64,000 bases of DNA from the NCBI RefSeq assembly GCF_009914755.1, contig NC_060925.1. One strand, given 5' to 3'. Shown piece after piece: positions 53,663 to 64,000 of the stretch; position 1 is the first letter of the stretch; every line of letters starts with the position of its first letter. Position numbers and translations under genes: made by a program. Under the pieces are notes generated by a model. That model saw only the letters and a program-made list of their open reading frames with translations, did not search any database and had not been told where the DNA came from. This stretch comes from the human T2T-CHM13v2.0 reference genome, Homo sapiens.

Positions 53663-55406
53663 TCTGGGCGGGGGCGCCCCTCACACCAGCTCTCACCCCT
53701 GTGGCGGAGGCCTGCATGTGACCCTGGGCCAGCTAAGCTGGTCCTTAGACGCGTGCCTCTGCGTCTCTCACTTCCTCTCTTTGTTGGAGGGGGAGGGACG
53801 GAGAAGAGGAGTGGAAAGTGGAACAAAGTCAGATGAGTAGGAGCCCCTAATCTATAATTGCAAGAGGAAGCTTGGCCTGGCGGTTTAAAACGGTAATAAA
53901 TGTCTGGAGAGCACTTTGTATGTTAGTTACAAAGCGCTCTCACTCACATTATGCCGTTGATTCTGCAAGGAACCCTGTAAGAAGGACATTTTTCTCCCTA
54001 ATTTACAAATGAGGAAACTGAGGTACTTTGTTTCAGAAAGGATGCGGGTGGAGCGGTAATCAAATGAAGATTATTTCATCCAGGGGTAGACTGCGGAGCC
54101 CATGTTCTCTCCATTATTCCAGGGGCAGGAGTACCCCTAGGTTCTTGTCCTGGCTCTGACCCTCCCCTTTAGGTCTTGCAATGCTCTGAGCCCTCCTCTC
54201 CTCGCCTTAGAATGCAACTGCTAAACCCTGCCCTGCCTGACAAGGCCCATGAAAGCAGAAAGGAAGGATCGTGCAGAGAAAGCCTAAAGCCGCTGTTCAG
54301 CCACAGAAGAAGCCTCAAGCGCTAGATGTGGCGTCAAATCTGGTGTTGGCCCTGTGGCAGGGTGGACCTGAAGACCACATCTTCCTCTCCTCCCACTGCC
54401 TGAAACAGCTGTTGTGTGAGGGCCCTCGGCTCCTCAGTGGTGAAGCAGATAGAGGCTGCTTGTTGTGCCTTGGTGAATGCTGCTCTGTGTCCCTTGCAGC
54501 TGCAGCTTGGTAACCCCTCCACTCAGGCCACTGGGAGCCTCTTCTCTCCTCAGTGATAAGCAGAATAGTGCCAGCCACATCAAAGAACCCTGGACCTCCT
54601 GGAGCATTAGCAATGGGAGGTCCCCATCACCTCTCCTGACCACTCACCCCTATCCTAGGCCCTCTGCTCTTAAATCTGTTATATGGGACAATATATATAG
54701 TGCCTAACACATTGTAGGCACTCGACAAATGTTTGTTAAATTTATGAATGGAACACTGATTCCAGCCATTTCATTTAACAGTTGCTTACCAAAACAAATT
54801 AACAATAGCAGACCACTAATTAAATTCCTTACTGTGTTAATACAATGGTACTTGATAGAACAAGTTCACACCATCATAGAATATTAGAGCTGGAAGGAAC
54901 CAGAGAATTCTATTCCAACCCTGTCATTCCTCTCTAGTCTTTGTTGGTGTGACCAAACTGGAAAATTATGGGCTCCCACATTTGAAGGAGATACTGGCTA
55001 ATAAAATATAAAATATGGCTTAACAAATACAATGTGCTGGGCACTGGGATACAGAAATGGATAAGATACCCTTGGGTCCTGGCTTTCGTGGCTCTTTCAT
55101 GCAACTGTGGAGAGACAGATCATAAACATGTAAATAATGTTCTGTCCTTGCAGCCCCCAAGTCCTCTCTCCCATTCCTTCATGAGCACACACCAGTCAGG
55201 CTTTACTCCCCTCCACTCCACTGGAACAGTGCTTGTCAAGGTCACAAGTGACCTCAGTGTTGTCACATCAGATGGCCATTTTCCCATCCTCCTCTTTCTT
55301 GATTTATCAGCCACAGTGGACTTGGCTGATCCTCCCTCCTCCTTGATACGCGTTCCTCCCTGGCTTCCAGGACACCACACACTCCCGGCTTGCTCCTACC
55401 TCACTT

Positions 55407-56644
<1,238 letters not shown>

Positions 56645-56749
56645 CCAAAGCTAGATTTTCCACCTCCTTTCTATTCACTCCGTAGGGGCTAGTGAAGTGG
56701 TCACCTCTAGCCTCATGGCTTGAATTATCATCTATACCCTAAAGATTCC

Positions 56750-56920
56750 TGCTATAATTGACTTGTGTTCCCCCAAAATATGTTGAGGACCTAGACCTCA
56801 GTACCTCAGAATGTGACCTTAGATGGAAATAGGGTCATTGCAGATGTAACTAGGATGAGGTCATATTGGAGTAAGGTGATCTCTCAGTCCAATATGACTC
56901 GTCCTTATAAAAAGGTGGAA
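56750..56920 (+). mobile_element. MLT1 5' fragment
   Basis: tgctataattgacttgtgttccccc...gtacctcagaatgtgaccttagatggaaatagggtc. Confidence 0.65.
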
Positions 56921-57139
56921 GACATGGGCCAGGGTGGTAGGATGCTAATATATCTGGGGGATGTCAAGAGAGGCCTCCTGATGGCAGTTACTTTTGAGTT
57001 GAGACCTAAATGACAAGAAGGGACTAGCACATGATGGTCTGTGCGGGTACAGGCAGAAGGCACAGGTACAGTACACAGGCCCTAGGCTGAAGCCAAGCAG
57101 AAGGCAGTGTCAGTGGAGAGGACCACTAGGGGCATGTAG

Positions 57140-57610
57140 TGTAACCACCTGATGGGTTCTTCCTGCCTGCTGTATAGACAATATCAATTCACTGAGACCA
57201 TGGCATTGCAGTAAAGAAAGAGTTTAACTGACTGAGGCCACAGGGAGACAGAGTTATTACACAAATCAATCTCCCCAAGCATTTGGGGGCCAGGGGTTTT
57301 CAAAGGTAGTTTGTGGGATAGGATAGGGGTGGGTGCTTGCTATTGATTGGTTGGGGTTGCAATCACAGGGGTGTGGGAAATGGTCCTCCAGTGCACTTAG
57401 TCACTGCTGGGTGGGGGCCACAGGAGTGATTGGTGGGTCCAGGTGGAGCCATCAGTGTCGGACATGCAAAAAACCCGAAAAGACATTTCAAAAAGCCAAG
57501 CTGAGGTTCTACGATAGTGACGTTATCTGCAGGAGTAATTGGGGAAGTTGCAATGTCTTGTGACCTCTAGAATAATGGCTGGCAATCATTTACATGTATA
57601 CCTTAGCAGG
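57140..57610 (-). mobile_element. ERV1 LTR (LTR8-like), partial
   Basis: Plus strand starts TGTAACCACCTGATGGGTTCTTCCTGCC, the reverse of an LTR8-type 3' end. Confidence 0.6.
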
Positions 57611-57777
57611 AGGCATTTTCAGGAGTCAGGGCAAGGGAGAAGCCAGGGCTTTTTTTTCCCTGTTCTCTGCCTCTCACAGTTTCCCTTCCATGGCTCCAGC
57701 CCCTGATACAAAGGCTTTTTGTGGTCCTAGCTTCAGCCAGGTGACTCAGGCCCTTAGACTCTAATAAACACCACTGT

Positions 57778-58083
<306 letters not shown>

Positions 58084-58240
58084 TAAACACCCCTGTTACC
58101 CTTCCATTGGCTGGAATGGTGACTTCCTGCTGTTGATACTCTTGGTTGCCTCAGGGTTATTGTCTCAGCTTCTTTCATCACCTGTGTAACTGGCTCCCTG
58201 TATTCAGCCATTCTGTTCTATCCAGAATGGTTTCTATTTT

Positions 58241-58408
58241 GGGAGAGAGAGCATCAGGATAAATAGCTAATGCATGTGGGGCTTAATACCTAGGTGATGG
58301 GTTGATAGATGCAGCAAACCACCATGGCACACGTTTACCTATGTAACAAACCTGAACATTCTGTACATGTATCCCAGAACTTAAAATAAAATAAAATTTT
58401 AAAGAAAA
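58241..58408 (+). mobile_element. 5'-truncated L1PA (older subfamily) 3' end
   Basis: gggcttaatacctaggtgatgggttgatag...catgtatcccagaacttaaaataaa; TSD-like agaat..tttc.atttt. Confidence 0.85.
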
Positions 58409-59199
58409 AGAATACTTTCCATTTTTCTTGCCGGTGACTAACGGATTCCAAGTGCTTTGGAAAAATATGTCTGGGTTCAAGTAGAAAATGACAATCAGAG
58501 GGGTGCCTGGAGAAATCCAAGGGCCTATAAGCATGTTATTCATGTATAGACTTATCCTCAGCATCTCAGGGAGGGGGGAGTTATATGGGATCAGTAGAAA
58601 TTAGAAGGGTCTTTTGGCTTAAAGATGTTCCTTACAAACAGAACTGTAGAAAGAGAAAGGGCCCAAGCAGAGAGGCAGTACAAGGTATGATAGGGATGTT
58701 ATCGTGACATGCATCAGGAAGGGGATGATATTCAATTCGGGGGTTTTCAAGGGCCTCCTCCATCCCCAGAGATCTTGTGACACAGTGTAATGTAGATACT
58801 GCACTTCGAGGTTTACAATTCCACTACCATTGTTAGTTTTAACACAGTCCTATGAAAGAGGCAGGCTGGCATGTTACTAATGTGGAAATTGAGATTCAGA
58901 GTAAAGTTAATGCACACAGATCCTGTTTAAGTCACTCTGCACTAGAAACCCATCCTGTTAAATAAGTAAAAGTATAAACATTTGGTATAGTCGCTGGGGG
59001 GAAGGATAGCCTGGTGGTTATGGCAGGCTGTAGGACACATGGCCTGTGCTTGACTTGGCTCTGTCACCTACTGTGAGAGCTACGTGAGGTACTTAAGGTC
59101 CCCTGACATAGTAATAGTTATGTCCCAGAGTTAAAGTGAGGATTAAAAGAGCTTATAAACATCAAAGTGCTGAAACCAGTACCTGGCATACAGTGAGCC

Positions 59200-59750
59200 C
59201 TTTTCTGGTCTCCTTTGCCAGTTCTACCAACCACCAAATGTTAGGAGCTCAGTCCCCTCTGTCCACATGCACTTCCCTTGGCGATCTCAGCCATTCCTGT
59301 GGCTTTACATACAACACCTATGCCAGTGAATTCCAAAATTTCTATCTCCAGCCCAGAACTCTCCCCTCATTCTAGACTTGTATATTTAATTGCCAATTTG
59401 ATACCTTCAGTTAGATGTCTAACACACATCACAAACTGAACAAGCCCCAAATTGATCTTGATCTTCTCCTCCAAAACCTACTCCTATATCAATAAATGGC
59501 AATTCCATCTTTCTAGTTACTCAGGGCAACAACCTCCAACTCACCTCTGACTCCTCTCTGTTTCTTACATCCCAAGTCTCATCTGTCAGCAAATTCTATC
59601 AACCACATCTTCAAAACATATCCATAGTCAACCACTTCTCACCACATCCCCAGGCACCACCCTGGTCCAAGCAGCCATCATCTCCCACCTGGATTATTGC
59701 AGTAGCCTCCCGGCTTCAGCCAGAGTTATTCCATTAACATTTAAACTTAT
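59200..59750 (+). mobile_element. L2 fragment
   Basis: ctatctccagcccagaactctccc...ccctggtccaagcagccatcatctcccacctggattattgc. Confidence 0.65.
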
Positions 59751-59752
59751 TC

Positions 59753-60268
59753 TGTCACAGGTGTCCTAACCAGAATGACTCCATCTTGAATAAAGGCCAT
59801 ATAAAGCCAAAAAAAAAAAAAAAAACTGCTGGGTGACTTTCTCAGGAAGTTAGGCACTCTTTATCACAAGATGTCTAGGGCTGAGGAAACAAGTTAATGG
59901 AAAAAGGCATTCTTAGTTTAAAAATGGGTTTTACTCTAATGATGCTATTAATAGTACACCCATAAATTCTCGCTGAAATCAATAGTTACACAAGAGAACA
60001 TGAATACTAATATCCTGTCACAAGCTGATCACAGGACTTTATAATAAAGTACACTATTCTTAGCCCTAATATCCTATGTAAGCAAGCGTTACATTAAGGT
60101 AGAGGCATTCCTCCTCTTGCTTTCTGAGCATGCCCTACTCTGTAATAGAGTGGTTTCTAATAAACTATTTAAACTTTACTATACTCTGTGACTTGCCCTG
60201 AATTATCTCCCTGCAAGAGCCAAGAACCTGCTCTTGGGTTCTTGGATGAGACCCCTTTTCTGGTAACA
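59753..60268 (+). mobile_element. MER41-family 5' LTR
   Basis: TGTCACAGG...GACTCCATCTTGAAT start; AATAAA; ...GGATGAGACCCCTTTTCTGGTAACA end. Confidence 0.78.
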
Positions 60269-60827
60269 TTTTCCCATTGCATCTCCACTGGAACCTTAAT
60301 GAGGTGAGACCCTCCAACCCAGAGGAAATACACTGTGCAGCACCAATTGGCCAACTTTGGGTAAGTAGTGGAATATATTTTTATAGTGGTAAAGGACGGG
60401 GTACTTGTCTAAAACTGGTTAGAGGTCCAACTAGGAAGGGTTGGAGGCCCTCCACATCCTCATAGCTGGATATGGATTCAGTGTGACGAGATATTAACCA
60501 TTACTCCCTTTGGATTAGCCCTCCTTGCACTCTTGGCTGCTCGTTAAAGGCTGCTACTTGCCAGTTTCCTGATTGCTGTCTATGTTTTACTGCTGTGTTT
60601 TCCTGCTGTTTTTCACAGGCCTCACTTGACCAGTCCTGATATTTTTAACTTTTCACTTTCCTCATTTGCCTTCAGATTATCGGCTCTTCGCCTGTCTGCT
60701 CCGGCATCCTGTTAAGGTACATTGGGGATGAATGGTTCTGCAAGATTTACTTTCCCTATATGTAGCCCATTTACATGAATTATTTATTGCCTCCCCTTCT
60801 CTCAAAATTGAAACTTGGTACTTCCAA

Positions 60828-61138
<311 letters not shown>

Positions 61139-61501
61139 AGTACTTACAAATTTTAAATGAAAAATTCCAGGGTGTATGATTGAGCCAGGCAGCAATTATG
61201 CCAGTCCCATGTAGACAAACAGCTATAGAATAGGGAATTGGAGATTTGTTTTTAGCAGTTCCTTTTCATCTGCTCACTAATCAAATGACTTTTACTTCTT
61301 GGTTACGGACAGCAAGACCATGTAAGTTTCACCCTGCTTGCCATCACTGTCCTGAGCCTGGACATTCCTTCCCGGGTCTGTGTCATTTCCCTTGCTTAAT
61401 GAGACATTTCTTTGTCAAGTCCCCTATTGTGGTCTCTCTAGTGCAAATGGCCCAACTCATTATTTGGGTAATATGAATAGCTGAATTAAAGTGACCATGG
61501 G

Positions 61502-61640
61502 GGCTGGGTATAGTGGCTCACACCTGTAATCCTAGCACTTTGGGAGCCCAAAGCAGGAGGATCATTTGAGCTGAGGAGTTCAAGAGCAGCCTGGGCAACA
61601 TAGCAAGACCCCGCCTCTATTTTTATTAAAAAAAAAAAAA
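61502..61640 (+). mobile_element. FLAM/Alu monomer
   Basis: Single arm plus A tail; TSD-like aaagtga(c/t)ca. Confidence 0.82.
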
Positions 61641-61771
61641 GTGATCACAGGATCATTTTCCCTTGCTCATTTGGCTCTGAAAGCTCTTTCATCCTTTTTA
61701 GTGGAGCTTGGCCAGTGGCAGTACAACCTTATTCACAATGATCTCTATTTTCACCTTTACCTGCTCCCTTC

Positions 61772-63300
61772 ATGGGTAACACAGCCTTAATCCTAAAAAG
61801 CTCACCACTAGGGTACATATTAGAGCATTGGGACCAATTTAAATTAGGTGGGCTTAAGAAAAAGAAATGTTTATTTTTATGTAATATTGTTTGGCCCTAA
61901 TAGGGCCAAATAATAATGTTATTATTCCAAATAATAATAATGTTATTTGGAAAGTCAAGAAAAATGGCCACCTAATGGAACTACAGCCTTTAATAGTTAT
62001 ACTTCAACTTGATTTGTTTTGCAAGCAGGAGGGAAAATGGGGTGAAATACCATATGTTCAAACATTTCTATTGCTTAGTCAGGATAAAACTTTAAAACAA
62101 GCATGTGCATATTTAATGAAAATAAAAGAGGAAAACTAATTAGATATTCTAGATGATCTTTCAATGCAAGCCTTGGTCAGTTCCAATGCTTCAGGTGCAT
62201 CTGCCCCTGTCCCTTCTAGCCCTTCTAGTAGTTCTGTTGAGACCTCTTCATCTCATCCTCCTTACCCGTCTAGCCCTATTTTACATCTACCTCCTTCTGA
62301 GATGCTTAGTCCTATTCTGTACCCGTTACTCCCTGAGGAACCCAGCCCCACCTGTATTACCCATAGTGGAGCCTCTTAGCAACTTTCAAAGGAAAATCTT
62401 TGCTTAGAGAAGTGGTAAATGGGGAACAGGGCACTATAAGGGTATGTGTCCCTTTTTCTATGTCTGATTTGGCATTATGCAAAGAAAAATTTGGTTGTTT
62501 CTCTGAAGACCTAGGAAAATTTATAGATGAGTTTGAGAAACTAACTCTGACATAATTTAACCTGGCAGGATTTGCATATTTTGTTATCCACCTGCTGTAC
62601 AGTGGAAGAAAAACAGTGGATTTTGGAAATAGCTAGGACACATGCAGATGAAATGCTATCCCACAATTCTAATCATACTATCTACAGGGTTGGGGGTATT
62701 GCAGTTCCTGATCAAAATCGAGGATGGAATGATCAAAGGAATAGTGAAGACTGAGAAGAGAGATCACATGATCACTTGTTTATTAGAAGGGATAAACACA
62801 TGTACGAAAAAACATGTTAATTATGATAACGTGAAGGAAGTTACCCAAGGTAAAGATGAGAATCTGGCTTTGTTTCAGGGACAATTGAGGCAATTAGGAA
62901 ATACACTGATCCCACTTCAAAAGGACAAACCTGATTAGGGGTACATTGTATAATCCAGTCTGCCCTTGATATCCATTGGAAACTGCAAAAAAAGCAGCCT
63001 TGGTTCCCCAGACTACTATGAACCAGTTTTGGGACACGGCATTTATGGTTTTTAATAACAAGGACAAGACAGAGAAAGCAGAAAAACTTAAGACAGCTTC
63101 TCAAAAGGAACAGCTCTTAGCTGTGGCCTTAAGCTTGCCACACATATGGGGGTTGCCCTTACACTTCTCAGCCTTGGCAAGGGAAGCTAGAAGGCAGAAA
63201 GCCCCAATCTGGGCTTCCAGATCACCGCAACTTGAATATAAATTAATGTGCTTGCTGTAAGACAACTGGCCATTAGGAAGAGGCGCACCACTCACTCTCG
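61772..63300 (+). pseudogene. Decayed ERV gag
   Basis: MGNTALILKSSPLGYILEHWDQFKL...FLCNIVWP* (matrix); LQLDLFCKQEGKWGEIPYVQTF; MHR-like VTQGKDENLALFQGQL; many stops and frameshifts. Confidence 0.8.
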
Positions 63301-63399
63301 GGTTTGCTCAGACATCCTTAGTTTAGGTGCTGAAGGCCAAGAGTGATGGGGCTCAAGACCTTCTGCCACAGCTCTCATTGGGCAACAAAACCATGTATC

Positions 63400-64000
63400 T
63401 GGAGGATCCTGGGGTAACCCTTGAAGTGGCAGGTAAGAATATTAATTTCCTTCTCTATACAGGGGCTGCTTGCTCTGTTTTGGCACATTATGAAGAGGCT
63501 TTATCATCCCGAGACTGTATGATCACAGGGATAAATGGACAAGCTCATAGGTGCTGTTTTAGCATCCTATAAGCTGCTCTTCTTTTTTTTTTTTTTCTTT
63601 TTTTGAGACAGAGTCTCATTCTGTCACCAGGCTGAAGTGCAGTGGCACGATCTCGTCTCATGGCTTTGTATGTTTTTCTTTTAATGCCTGAATGCCCTGC
63701 CTCTCTTTTGGGAAGAAATGTATTAATTCAGCTTCAAACTGTAGACTCTTTCAGAGATTACAAGGTGGATGAGGAATTGCTTTTACTTCTCTCCAAGACA
63801 ATGGAGAAAAATTAATAGAGATTCAGCTAGCTTGCATGTTGTAGTAACCTCCCAAATAGATCCTATGGTTTGGAACATTTAAGTTCTGGGGAGGGCATTA
63901 CATACCCCTCCAGTTTGTATTTAACTTAAACCAAACCTGGTGTCTCATATTCCCTGGAAAAGACAATACCCTCTGAGACCAGAGGCACAAAGAGGAATCC
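63400..64000 (+). pseudogene. Decayed ERV protease and start of pol
   Basis: VTLEVAGKNINFLLYTGA (catalytic DTG changed to YTG); QYPLRPEAQRGI at the window end. Confidence 0.75.
63582..63662 (-). mobile_element. Alu 3' fragment in the protease
   Basis: poly-T then GAGACAGAGTCTC...GATCTCGTCTCA. Confidence 0.8.

Larger units (their letters stand above)
52940..53760. promoter_or_regulatory. PACC1: CpG island / PACC1 promoter and first exon
   Basis: Dense CpG and high GC around exon 1; no TATA box. Confidence 0.9.

Noticed and set aside
52984-53836. Long plus-strand ORFs (221 aa, 134 aa) in the CpG island
   Set aside because: Expected from stop-codon scarcity in GC-rich DNA; no recognisable domain.
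61772-63572. Domesticated ERV gag or protease gene
   Set aside because: Multiple stops and frameshifts, catalytic Asp replaced (YTG), and an Alu inserted in the protease.

Overview
Primate (human-like) genomic DNA, not microbial. The window holds the complete PACC1/TMEM206 gene (proton-activated chloride channel PAC/ASOR) on the minus strand. I assembled eight coding exons with canonical GT-AG junctions that add up to exactly 350 aa, plus an in-frame 183-nt cassette exon giving a 411-aa isoform. A CpG-island promoter lies at about 53.0-53.7 kb. The first ~550 bp are probably the end of the convergent PPP2R5A 3'UTR (from recalled gene order; only poly(A) signals are visible). The rest is mostly repeats: more than 35 Alus or Alu fragments, a near-full-length old L1MA, a full-length but inactivated L1PA4-like element, MaLR and ERV1 LTRs, Tigger2a, MER1B, and a MER41-type provirus with decayed gag-pro-pol running off the right end. 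I found no wholly new system. The best hypotheses are: (1) the cassette exon splits the YQEL endocytic motif; (2) an open L1 ORF0 with a phase-1 GC donor is in frame with PACC1 exon 3; (3) a UG-repeat-flanked candidate TDP-43 cryptic poison exon; (4) a minisatellite abutting the exon 7 donor; (5) two poly(A)-only retro-insertions with TSDs. Repeat subfamily names are by eye and need RepeatMasker/Dfam confirmation.
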